From Mobula hypostoma (Eukaryota): a stretch of 64,000 nucleotides of DNA. Positions 51,642-63,690 of this stretch are shown here, in pieces. The notes under the pieces are model-generated. The model was not told the origin of the DNA and searched no databases. It was given only the letters and a program-made list of their open reading frames with translations. The DNA is taken from contig NC_086097.1 of assembly GCF_963921235.1 (NCBI RefSeq), positions 152,832,001 to 152,896,000 on the forward strand, given 5' to 3'. Each line of letters begins with the position of its first letter. The first letter of the stretch is position 1. The position numbers were made by a program, and so were the translations under genes.

Positions 51642-54378
51642 AGCAAAGTATTAGTATGCTGCCCCAAATCTCTGCAAAGCTAATTACAACAGATGAGAGA
51701 AGTCCAGAAATATTGGATGGCTTACTGTTTTCTCAAGCAGTATAGATGGATACCTTTACAGTTCCTTCCCATACTGAAACTCAGGGACAGAAAACTCAAC
51801 ATAGTTGAAGAGCTGAAATTTTATTTAATAAACAGCCTCACATGAATGGACGGTGTTTGTGAATCTTGAATTCTTCAATTCAAACACATTATACTTTCAG
51901 ACTTCATTTTTTTTCTGAGATGCATTCTTTACAGAGATAATCATAATGAAGAATGAGAGATAATCATAAGGAAGAATGAGAGATAATCATAATGAAGCAG
52001 TTAAAATCCTAATGGGGCATGCCTGGGTAAATAGTTAATCATTAGTGGGAGAGCCTTGGAGAAGGGGGCATAGTTTCAAGATAAGGGGCTTTCAATTTTT
52101 TTTATTTAAAACTGAAGCACGGGATGGTTTACACACAGATGCTAGTGAACCTTTGGAATTCTCCACTTCAGAGAGTCGTGGAGGCAAGCTAAAATTTAAT
52201 GTGCAAGTAGATATATTTTTTAATGATTGTCAGATTGAAAACCAATGGAAATTGACTCAGAAGAAGAATTGAGTCTTAGGGAAGATCAGTCATAATCATA
52301 CAAAATGGTGGACAGTCTTCAAGGGATGGGTGACCTAATCCTGTTTGTATGTTCTTGAGTACTTTTTGCGAGTTAATTATATAAAGCAGGATATAAAATG
52401 TTTCTTTTTTCTGTTATATAATTTTGTAGCCTGGGGAAAAATACACATGCAGGACAACAAATACTTTTTTGTGCCTTAAATTCCATTATCTGTTTTAGAT
52501 GTTTTATTGCAGAATGAATATCAAAATAAAAATAAGAAAATAAATTTTAATAAAAAACAGTTCCCACTATTACAATTTCAGTTTTAACTTCAGACCACAC
52601 CCTTGTTATGTATGCAGTACGAAAATAACTAAAACAAAATATACAAAACCAATACAGTGTGCCAATTATTTGGCACACACGTGCTTAACTTCCAAACACA
52701 TATAGTTGTGAAATGAGTTCTCCTCACTCACACTTCATGAACAGAGATGAACATATTCACATTACTCTGCTACATTCACATTCGGTCATGAAACATTAAA
52801 CAAAGACAAATAAACTTTTACAATATATTGCCTTGTAGTTGAATTACTAACCTAGTAGGTCAATTAGTGAGCTTTGCAATCAGGCCATCCAGTGCTGATA
52901 AATTTACTTGCGAAAATCTTTCCTTACCAAACCTGGGAAAAACATTCAAATGTCGTCCTTTCTAGAACCTAGTAACTCTTCGTTCTACTCCACCCATGCA
53001 AAATGACATCACTGTTTTCTCTTAAAGGTACAGTTAGCTATTTTAGCATTACCAAGGTGAATACATTAGTATGGTTTAACAATAAAAAATGATATTCAAC
53101 AGTCACCTGGATACATAAAAAATAAAGGGAGACAAGACTGGATATCAGACTGCTGGAAAATGACACTGCAGAGGTAGTGTGGGGGACAAAGAAATGGTGA
53201 ACAAACTGAATAAGTATTTTGCCTCAGTCTTTACTGCAGAAGACACTAGCAGAATGCCAGAAAAGTAAGTGTGTCGGGGGCGGGGGTATTGCCCTTACTA
53301 AGGAGAAGGTGTTTTGGAAGCTGAAAAGTCTGAAGGCAAATAAGTCACCTGTGAAAAATGGATTCCAGGACACTAAAAGAGGTACCTGAAGAGATTATGG
53401 AGGTATTAGTAACGATCTTTAAAAAAGCACTGGATTCTGGAATAGTTCTGGAGGACCGGAAAATTGCAAATGTCACTCCACTCTTTAAGAAGGGAGGGAG
53501 ACAGAAGAAAATAAATTATAAGCCAATTGGCCGGCTTTCCTAAAGGGGAAATCTTAACTGACAAATCTGTTTGGAATTCTTTGAGGACATAATAGGCAGG
53601 ATAGACAAAGGGGAGTTAATAGATGTCCTGAAAAGGGTCTTGGCATGAAATATTGATTTTTTACTCTTTTCTATAGATACTGTCTGACCTGCTGAGTTCC
53701 TCCAGTATTTTGTGTGTTTGCTGTGTCAGTGGATGGTGTTTATTTGGATTTTCAGATGGCCTTTAACAAGGAGCCACACATGAGGCTTCTTAACAAGATA
53801 AGAGATCATGGTATTACAGGAAAGGTACTAGCCTGGAAGTTTGACTGACTGGAAGGAGGTAAAAAGTGGGAATAAAAGGGCCTATTCCGGTTGTCTGCTG
53901 GAGACTAGTGGTGGGCTGCAGGGGTTGGTGTTGGGACTGCTTCTTTTCATGTTATATATCAGTGATTTGGATGATGGACTTAATGGCATTGCGGCCAAGT
54001 TTACAGACATTAGAATGATAGGTGGAGGGGCCGGTGGTGTTGAGGAAGTAGTTTGTCTGCAGAAGGATTTATACAGACTGGAGGAATGGGCAAAGAGGTG
54101 GCAGGTAGAATATAGTATAGGGGAATGCATGGTCATGCACTTTGACAGAAGGAATAAATGTGTCGTCCATTTTCCAAACAGGGAGAAAATTCAAAAATCA
54201 GAGGTGCAAAAGAACTGAGCAGTCCTTGTACAGGATTTGCTAAAGGTTAACTTGCAGGTTGATTTGGTAGTAAGGAAGGCAAATATAATGTTAGCATTCA
54301 CTTTGAAAGAATAAAGAATACAAAAGCAAGGATAAAATGCTGAGGCTCTACAAGGCATTGATAATACTGTACTTGGAG

Positions 54379-57300
54379 ACCTACAGTTATTAGTAATAAC
54401 AGTAACAATAAGAGCTTTATATATCATTCTAATCCAATTATTAAAATTAACACCAAAGCCAAATTTCTCTAAAACATTAGATAGATATTTCCATTCGACT
54501 CGATCAAACACTTTATCAGCATCCAAAGAGATGATGCATTTGGAGTTTTAAAAGATGATGAATATATGATGTTAAATAGTCTCCGAACATTTGAAAAAGA
54601 GTAATGACCCTTTATGAAACCTGTCTGATCTTTAAAAATAATTTTTCCCAAAATATTCTCCAACCGATTGGCCATTATCTTTGACAGAATCTTAGCATCA
54701 ATGTTCAATTGTGAAATAGGTCTCAGTGAGGCACATTCAGTAGAATCTTTATCCTTTTTAAGAATTAAGGAGATAGAAGCCTCATAGACATCTCTCCTTT
54801 TTTTCAGCTTTCACAGGGGAAAAGACTAGGCTGTCCATTAAGTACTTTGTTATTTAATTTAATATTAGAACCCCTTGCTATTGCTCTCCGTGAAGCTAAA
54901 AATATTTATGGGATTTCTGTGTCTGAGACCATACATAAGATTTCTCTTTATGCAGATGATTTATTGGTTTATATATCAAATCCTGAGGAATCTATTCCTG
55001 CCTTGTTAAAATTATTTAATGAATTTGGAGTTTTCAGGATATAAAATAACTTTTGGTAAAAGTGAATTGTTTCCTATAAATGAATCCGTTTCTATGTATG
55101 ACAATACTCCTTTCAAAGTCACAGATTCTTTTAGTTATTTAGGTGTCACAATCACTAAAAAAATATAAGGATCTTTATAAAGCCAGTTTTGTTCCTTTTG
55201 TTAGACTCTATGAAATATTTATTTAGTAGACGGAGTCCACTTACATTTTCACTTGTTGGTCGCATGCATACAGTCAAAATGATGATTCTACCAAAATTTT
55301 TATATCTATTTCAGAATATCGCTTTTTTTTTGACTAAGAAGTTTTTGACCGGATTGATTCTATTATTTTATCTTTTATCTGGAATAATAAAAGACCAAGA
55401 ATTTGTAAATGTCATTTACAAAAGTTGAAAAAGGATGGAGGTCTCGCTTTGCCTAATTTAAGAATGTATTACTGGGCTGTTAATGTGTGATACATGTCCT
55501 TTTGGTTATACTGGGTTGATAAGAAGGATCGGCCTATCTGGGTAGATTTGGAATTGAAAGCTGTGAAACAGTTTTATTTAACTTTGTTATTGGGAGCTGA
55601 TTTGCCTATACAATTAGCTAAAGTTGCTAATTTAAACTTTTATCCTGTGATTAAGCACTCTTTACAAACTTGGCTTCAGTTCCGCAATTTTTTTAATCTT
55701 AAAAAATTTAAGCTTTGTAGTTTAATTTATCAAAACTACCTTTTTAAGCCTTCTTTGAGTGATCCAATTTTTTTACTTTGGAAAAATAAAGGTATTAATT
55801 CTTTTTTTGGATTTATTTAAAGAAGGCAGATTGATGTCCTTTGAACAATTAGTTGATAAATATTCTCTTTCATACTCACACTTTTTACAATATCTCCAAC
55901 TTAGACATTTCTTACAAAAAAATTTGAGAATTTTCCTTACATATTGGATGCTGACCTGTTGGATAGTATAATGAGTATGAACCCTTCGATGAAGGGTTCC
56001 ATTGGAAGAATTTATAATTTACTATTACAATGGGTGAGCGTCCTTTATTTAAGATTAAACAAGATGTGGAAAAGGAACTCAATTTGACTTTTACGATGGA
56101 AGATTGGATGCAGATTCTGAAGCTGGTTAACTCTTATTCGATCTGTGCTAGTCATTCACTGATTCAATTTAAAATTGTACATAGTTACCACTTGACGAAG
56201 GAGAGATTGTCTAAAATATTTTCTAATGTTGATAGTTACTGTGATGTAAAACTGAGACAGCTACAATTACACACTTTTTGGTCTTGCTCGATACTGGAAC
56301 AGCTCTGGAAGTCAGTTTTTTTGACAATTTCTAAAGCACTTCAAATTAATTTACAACCTAACAAATTAACTGTGCTTTTTGGAATAATTCTTCAAAATAT
56401 GGAGAAGATGGCGGTGCGACGGCAGCGTGTGCGGCCTCTCCGGTGATGAATATCTGTTATCTGTCAAGTAGGGGACCGTGTGCAATTCTGATTTGATGGA
56501 GACAGACGTGACTGCATAGCGGAACATTTGGAAATCTTCTGAAATGACTGCTTTGCTACCACTGCTACTGTGTGGTAACCGGAATCTCTGGAGCTGTAGG
56601 CCTCGAAATCCTCGGCTTTGCCTGTTTCAGAGGCCGGGGAGAGGTCGAAGGCGCTCAGCAGAGGATGCCGCTCGGGAGGCTGTATTGAAGAGGCTGCTCA
56701 GAAGCTCGGAGTTTTCAGACTGATGGACTCAGGGTTGGCTGGGGTCGGCTGCTTCCAAGGTATCGGCAAGTTGACGGTGCCTGGAGGTTTTATGGCAGGG
56801 AGTTTCTGCCTTTTGCCGCCGCTATTGGGGACTCAGGAGTCGATCGACTCGGGGACTTTGAGACATTTTTTTTACTGTGCCTATGGACTGTTCTTCATCA
56901 AATTATGGTATTGCTTGCATTGCTGTAACTATATTTATAATTATGTGGTTCTGTCTGTTTTAGTCTTTGATCTGTCTTGTTTTCTGTGATATCACGCCAG
57001 AGAAACATTGTATCATTTCTTAATGCATGTATGCATTTCTAAATGACAATAAAAGAGGACTGAGTGTTCTCATAATCTAAAATATTCATGGTATCTCTGT
57101 GTCTGACCAACATGTTATTGCATTTGTTACATTGATAGCAAGGAGAGCCATTTTGTTGAAGTGGAAGGATACAACGGCTCCCACTTTGTCACAATGGTTC
57201 TCTCAAGTGATGCTATGTCTTAGTTTGGAGAAAATTAGAAGTCGAACCTTTGAACCTATGTTTGATTTTGAGAAAATATGGGGTTCATTTGCTCATTATT

Positions 57301-57589
57301 ATCATTTGAGTTAATTGATGGATTCTCCACTATCTAATTGTAAATTTTTTTGGTACTTTTTTTGATTCTGGAGGTTTGATGTTTATCTTTAGAAGCTTTA
57401 TGTATGACGCATGGCTCTGGGGTTGAACACCTGATGGGATTTTTTCTTTTTTCCCACTTTTCTTGCTTAGTAGGGTTTCTTTTCATCACAAAATTTTTTC
57501 AATCTTTATATAATTTTTTTCTTGAGACATTGTAAGTGTTGTTTACTTTGATGTACTCATGTTTTTTTTGGGAAAAAAAGATTTGAAAA
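54379..57589 (+). mobile_element. L1-clade LINE, 5'-truncated with 5' inversion
   Basis: 19-bp TSD GATAATACTGTACTTGGAG (54360-54378, 57590-57608). Minus part 54379-~54788: NIDAKILSKIMANRL, DADKVFDRVEW. Plus part from ~54793: GCPLS.LLFNL.LEPLA, LYADD, KMMILPKFLYLFQ, HTFWSC. Confidence 0.95.
56401..57078 (+). mobile_element. ~680-bp non-autonomous retroelement nested in L1
   Basis: 7-bp TSD AAAATAT (56394-56400, 57079-57085); removing it restores L1 frame LQNIHGISVSDQH. GC-rich head GGAGAAGATGGCGG; tail ATGACAATAAAA...TAATCT. Confidence 0.85.
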
Positions 57590-58036
57590 GATAATACTGT
57601 ACTTGGAGTAGTGTAAACAGTTTTGGGTCCCTTATCTAAGAACTGATAAGCTGGCATTAGAGAGGGTCCAGAGGAAGTTGACAAGAATGCTCCCAGAAAT
57701 GAAAGGATTAACAAATGAGGAGCGACTGATGGTTCTGGGCTTGTACTCACTGGAGATTAGATGAATGAGGGAGTGATTGAAACATGTCAAGTATTGAAAG
57801 GCCTAGATAGAGTGGGTGTAGAGAGGATGTTTCCAATGGTAGGGGAGTCTAGGACCTAAGGGCACAGCCTCAGAATTGAGGGACATCTATTTAGAACAGA
57901 GACGAGGAAAAATGTCTTTAGCCAGAGGGTGGTTAATCTGTGGAATTTATTACCACAGATAGCTGAGCAGGCTAAGTCATGGGTATATTGAAAATGGAGG
58001 TTGATAGGTTCTTGATTAATCAGAGTGTCAAAGGTT

Positions 58037-58624
58037 CCTTAAGGTTGTTATAGCCAGGGGGGTGGTAATGGGGACAAGTTCCCACTACCCATTGAACGTT
58101 CCCAATGGCGTGTGCTTCAAATAGCCACTGACAATCAAGACCTGGCCTTCACGTGTGGCTTAGCTACTAAGCCTGGCGGTATCCATTCTACTGACAGGTG
58201 AAAGGGCAGAGGCGGGTTACTGGTGACTTAAAACCAGTCGCTTTGGGCAAATGTGGCTCATCAGCTGTGATTGACAGCTCATCTAGGAGGAGGAAAACTC
58301 TGATCACAAATCTCCACTGCCTTGTGGGCATATCCACTCATGGGAAAGGCTTTAGGAGTAAAACCCAAAGGAAAAATCTGGAGCTGGAGTCTCTAAGGCA
58401 GTCCTACATTGAGTTCAAAGTTGACTGGCAAGTCCTGCGACACGGCTGGTACCAAACTGTGTCAGTCTCTGCTGTTCCTTTAGGTTCATCAGATGCATGG
58501 AGAGAGGGGAGCTTGCTACACAGGCAACAGCTAGCTCTCCATGTCGTACTTTCCAGGCTTGCTTATCTAGACTGCTAGGATGTAATATCTATGATCAACT
58601 CTGACCGATGGAGGCCTTACTCAC
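58037..58624 (+). mobile_element. ~590-bp non-autonomous retroelement (possibly RTE-derived)
   Basis: 9-bp TSD TCAAAGGTT (58028-58036, 58625-58633) splitting the CR1 3' end. Family assignment tentative. Confidence 0.7.
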
Positions 58625-58918
58625 TCAAAGGTTATGGTTTGAAGGCTGGAGAATGGGGTTGAGGGGGTTAATAAATCAGACATGATGGAATTGTTGAGCA
58701 GACTCGATATGCTGAATGGCCTAATTCTGTTTCTATGTCTTCTGGTCTTATGGTCTATTGAATATTTCAGCTGTGTGCGTGTGTAAAATGAATGCTTGAC
58801 TCAGGCATTGCTGCTGGTTGAAAAGCTGACTAACCACTTACTATCTACACGAGGAGGCATACAAAAGTGAGATAGATCAGCTGATCGAGAGGTGTCAGAA
58901 CAACAATCATGCACTCAA

Positions 58919-59135
58919 ACAACAGGAATTCTGCAGGTGCTGGAAATTCAAGCAACACACATCAAAGTTGCTGGTGAACGCAGCAGGCCAGGCAACATCT
59001 CTAGGAAGAGTTACAGTCGACGTTTCAGGCCGAGACCCTTCGCCAGTCCTGAGGAAGGCTCTCGGCCTGAAACGTTGACTGTACCTCTTCCTAGAGATGC
59101 TGCATGGCCTGCTGCGTTCACCAGCAACTTTGATG
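58919..59135. mobile_element. Palindromic Penelope-derived element with head-to-head hammerhead cores
   Basis: Arms ~58961-59046 and 59049-59134. 14-bp TSD AATCATGCACTCAA (58905-58918, 59136-59149) inside an old Rex fragment. Confidence 0.85.
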
Positions 59136-59809
59136 AATCATGCACTCAACATCAGCAGGAGTTGCTAGTCAACATAAGAAGTTGCTCATGGTCTTCAGGA
59201 ACGGGAAGTTCGTAGAGCCTGCACCAGTGCTCATTGAGGGCTCATTGCTGAAAGCTGAACAGCTTTAAGTTCATAGGAGTCAAAATTTCAAAGGATTTGT
59301 CCTTGGCACTACATATTGATGCAATCACAGAAAAGGCACACCAGTAGCTCTACTTTGTTAGTAGTCTGATGAGATTTGTTTATCACCAGAAAACATAGTA
59401 CGCACAACATTTTGCACGGTAACAAACCCATCACTGCAAAATGCTGTGATTAACTAATTAAATCAGTAATCAGGAAGCCCACCTGAATTAATCCCGTCTG
59501 CCTGTACAATGTCCATATTTCCATTCTCTGCACATTCATGTGCCTATCTCAGAGTCCTTTGAATGCCTCTGCTGAATTGTGCCCACACCCACCCCATCAG
59601 AGCTTTCTAGTCACTCATTATTCTCTGTGAAAAAACTTGACTCACATATTTCCCTTGAACCTAAGCCATCTGACTTTAAATGCATTCCCCCTGGTATTTT
59701 CCATTTTGTTTCTGGGATAAAGATACCAGACACTTACTCTAACCACACTTCTCATAATTTTATAAACCTCTATCAAACCACCCCTTGCCACTCCAGAGAA
59801 AGCCAGTTA

Positions 59810-60135
59810 GCCTAACCTCAGTGGTTGGGAATGTGTTGGATTCTATTATTAAAGATGATGTTACAAGGTACTAATGATAAAATCAGTGAAAATCAGCATG
59901 GTTCCTGTAAAGGGAAATCTTGCTTGACAAATCTGTTAGAGTTTTTTGAGGAAATAGCAAGGAGGGGGACGAAGGAGAGGCAGCGGATGTCATTTACTTG
60001 GATTTTCAGAAGGTGTTTGATAACATGCCACACATGAAGCTGCTTAACAAGGTAAAATACTATGGCATTACAGGAAAGATAATGGCCAGGATAGCAGAAT
60101 GGCTGACAGACAGTAGGCAGTGAGCGGGAGTAAAA
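59810..60135 (+). mobile_element. CR1 RT fragment
   Basis: ENQHGSCKGKSCLTNLLEFFEE. Confidence 0.8.
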
Positions 60136-60164
60136 TAATTTTTAAAAAGACAATATATTTTCAT

Positions 60165-60395
60165 TGTAAACAAGGTGGGAGAGTGGAAAACTGATTGGAT
60201 GAGGACTAACCAATCAGGATGAATGGACTATGGGGGTATAAATACCACTGGACCAGACATGCCCAGCCATCATCCCTGATGAAGGTGATGGAGCTTATCA
60301 TCGAAACATTGGTTATAATCGATACCTGTCCTCGGCTGGAAGCCCGAGAAGAGTTTATTCATCGCATGTGCCGGGAAAGCAGTAGATCCTTTTTC
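60165..60395 (+). mobile_element. Probable pLTR of a second Penelope-like family with hammerhead-like core
   Basis: CCAATC and TATAAATA boxes, then CTGATGA-AGGTGATGGAGCTTATCATC-GAAAC-ATT (60276-60310). Confidence 0.6.
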
Positions 60396-62280
60396 CAGGT
60401 GGATATAGTTTTTAACATCACAATTTCTTTTAATTGAAATCAAGGAGACATTGTGCTTATCTTTGATGGTCTTTAAGGCCAAACTGTAGGTTACCATTAA
60501 GATGCATACAAATCTATAAATTCTAATACATGTAGGCAAATGAGCCATGGGCTATTCATTATGTGTTACAATAAGCTGTTTGACTTATGGTTCTCTGTGG
60601 CAATTTAAACGGTAATTCATGTTTTCACAGTGATGTTTCTTTTCGATGAATCATCTCCCTACAGATTAGATTACCAGCCTTAAGGTCTAATCCCTTATCT
60701 ATTACCATCTGGTTACAAACATCTTCACTATCATTTACCCTATTATTTCTGCAAAATGAACATTTATGCAATAAAAATCTTGTAGTGCTCTGCAGTACCC
60801 AGTGAGATATATTTGCTGGAAAGAGGTTATGACTCTCAGAAAATATAAAACAATGGGATTGTAGAGGAAAAAGAACTACAAATTGGTTAGATTAGATTTA
60901 ACGTAAAAGAGAGCAGTCTCTCATCAGACAATAGATAAACCTTTTATTTACTGGGTCACCAAAACTCTAAATGTTCTGATCTTGTTATCAATACTGAGAT
61001 GCATGCTACAGTTATCCTTAATGGAGGAAACAATCAACCAGGTAACTTGCTATTAAATTGAATCCTATCTATTATGAAACAATAGGTATGTTGGGCTGGT
61101 GGTGCATATTAAGCAGGGCTCATTTGTGCTATTCCTTTCAGTCAAATATCCAAGTATAGTTTTCAGACAAATCTATGAAAAGCATGGTCAATTGGACGAG
61201 TCATGGTCTGGGAAGGCAACATCTAGCAAAATATGATATCTGATTTGGACTAATTTGGAGGAAATTTGAACAAAATGGTGATCTATGGTCATCTACCAGA
61301 AACACTTTATTTCTTTGTAGCTGCTGTCCGAACTGCTGAGGACTTCCATCACTTTCTGCTTTTATGATCAAAGTAAAATGGCAATTCTACATATCAGGGT
61401 AGCTCTTAAATCAGGGCAATCTATTCCAATCATATCCCTGGACTTTCTCTGAACTCACATCTTTCAAATACCACCCAATTTCATTTCTGTCTCAGTGATG
61501 TTTTGTGACAAGCATGCATCTTCATAGTACCATAGAATAATAGACATGTAGCACAGAAATGGGCTCTTATTTGTCTTTGTCCATGCTAACCATGATGCCT
61601 TTCTGTGCTCATCCCATTTGCTGACGTTCTGTATCATCTTTGTTGCCTTTTCTATCCACATTCTCAGATCTCTACTAAATTTCTTCCCTCTCATCTTAAA
61701 TCTCTATCATTTAATTCTGGAATCCCCTGTGTGAAAACAGATCCTGATGATCTGTCCCATTTATGCCCTCATTAATTTGTAAACCTCAAAGAATTCAATG
61801 TCCATCCTCCTTAAATATTTTTTCTCTGATATCAAAGCCAGCCTTTCCAATCACTCACAAAATGTTGTAGGAACTCAGCAAGTCAGGCAGTTTCAATGCA
61901 GTGGAATAAACTGTTGACGTATTGGGATCCAGATCATCATCAGGACAAAAGACTGTTTATCCTGTCAATGCCCTTCATAATTTTATAGACTACTATTATG
62001 GCACCCCTCAATGTCTTATGCCCCAAGGAATAAAATTCTGGCCTTTCTGACCTCTTCCTATAACTCCAGCCCTCAGCTGTGGTAGCTTCCTTGTAAATCT
62101 TCTTTGTTCTCTTTCCAATTTAGCTCTTTCCATCTTTCCTATAATGGGAGAACCAAAGTTACGCATATCTGAAATAAATGAAATCACGAGTAATGATAGT
62201 GGGGTAGGTCTATGTATCAGTAATATGAATATTGAGTTTGTTTACATGGAACAGCATACAGATGAAAAATAAGAGGGTCT

Positions 62281-63690
62281 TGTCACAATGGGGTGCTGGG
62301 AACAGACCCAAATGTGAGACACGGACACTGAAGTACAAGGAACAGGACTTGACTAGAGTAGGGATGTGACAGGATACAGACAAGGAGCAGGGACAAGAAT
62401 GCAGACTTGGGCTAGGGAAAGCGGGACCAGGACTAGGAACCATGAACTAGTAGATAAGGCTTGGACTCCGAGCCAGAGAGTGGACAAGGACCCAACCCAG
62501 AACCTGGGTCTTGCCTTGGGCTCAGACCCCAGAACCAGCCAAGGACATGACATGGCTTCAGGACTGGATGATGCTGGGGTCTAGAGGCATGAGCTTGGAG
62601 ACAGGCTGGGGTCTTTACTCTTGAGGCTTGAAGCTGGGGTCTTGGGTCCCGAGCTTGGCTGGAGGCTGGGGTCTTGGGTCCCGAGCTTGGCTGGAGGATC
62701 GGGTCTTGGGTCCCGAGCTTGGCTGGAGGATCGGGTCTTGGGTCCCGAGCTTGGCTGGAGGATCGGGTCTTGGGTCCCGAGCTTGGCTGGAGGATCGGGT
62801 CTTGGGTCCCGAGCTTGGCTGGAGGATCGGGTCTTGGGTCCCGAGCTTGGCTGGAGGATCGGGTCTTGGGTCCCGAGCTTGGCTGGAGGCTGGGGTCTTG
62901 GGTCCTGAGCTTTGGCTGTGGGATCATTGAGGCTTGGTTCTTGGAATGTGGAGGCTGATAACTCAGAGGCTGGAGATCAGTGACAGACTGGGAACTGTAC
63001 ATTGACATAGAGCCGGGACTTATCCATCAAAAAGCCGAGACTCATCTTTAACATGACATTAACACGAGACTGGACAATACATAGACATAGAGCCGGGACT
63101 TATTCTTAATCAAGCTGGGACTCAACTTTATCTCCACACCAAGGTGGGATAGGTATACCTGTTGGGTAACGGCAGAATGGCCAGACTTACCCAACAGAGG
63201 CAAAGACAAGACAAGACAGGTCCCTCCACAGGGCAACAGCAAAACAGCCTGACTTACCCCACAGAGGTGAGGACAGGAAGAGAAAAATACCAAAGAACGA
63301 CAGACAGTTCCTCCTCTGCATCAGGGTTGCTCCAAGTTGCAGTTTGGCCAGCAATCTCAGCTGGCCCGGGAAACAGCCGAATCCATACTGCAGAGACAGC
63401 TCTGACTACCAACAGCAAGACTCCATTAAGTGATGGTTCTCTAACGCAGCCTAAAGGTGGTAAGTGACCGCTCTAGCCTTTCACCAGCAAGTTGCTCCCA
63501 GGGAATCTTGACAAGGCAAACCAGCCACTTACACTCAACCCCAAGGCCACTTATATTCCAAGCCTCAAGATGGGAATCAGGTGCCTGTGATTAACTCAAA
63601 CAAATGGGGGACAGCTGGAAGACCCGGAGTCCTGAGTCCACGGACTGGACCGTGAACCGGAATGTGAACATCACAGACCGGACCATGACA
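62281..63690 (-). mobile_element. Solo LTR (1410 bp)
   Basis: TGTCA...TGACA termini and perfect 5-bp TSD GGTCT (62276-62280, 63691-63695). TATA-like AATATAAG on the minus strand near 63555 (orientation inferred). Confidence 0.85.
62637..62911. repeat. 32-bp minisatellite, 8 full units plus a partial unit
   Basis: Unit GGGTCTTGGGTCCCGAGCTTGGCTGGAGGATC starting at 62637, 62669, 62701 ... 62893. Inner units identical. Confidence 0.97.

Larger units (their letters stand above)
50226..57937 (+). repeat. Right arm (donor) of the inverted duplication, interrupted by L1
   Basis: Both ends lie inside LINE fragments that continue beyond the duplicated interval (Rex upstream of 50226, CR1 downstream of 57937). 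Confidence 0.95.
53105..58757 (+). mobile_element. Old CR1 LINE split by L1 (54379-57589) and by a short element (58037-58624)
   Basis: IANVTPLFKKGGRQ, KFTD, WAKRWQVEY. Resumes after the L1 TSD and ends TCTTCTGGTCTTATGGTCT. Confidence 0.85.

Noticed and set aside
26658..57937. Inverted arms as giant TIRs of one DNA transposon (Polinton or foldback type), or as misassembly
   Set aside because: No TSD or terminal motif, the arms are mosaics of old LINEs cut mid-element, and no polB or transposase lies inside. The arms carry independent substitutions, indels and an insertion.
62637..62911. 32-bp repeats as a CRISPR array
   Set aside because: Units are head-to-tail with no spacers, there are no cas genes, and the context is a eukaryotic LTR.
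62433..63008. 191-aa and overlapping repetitive ORFs as genes
   Set aside because: They are products of the stop-free minisatellite read in rotating frames.
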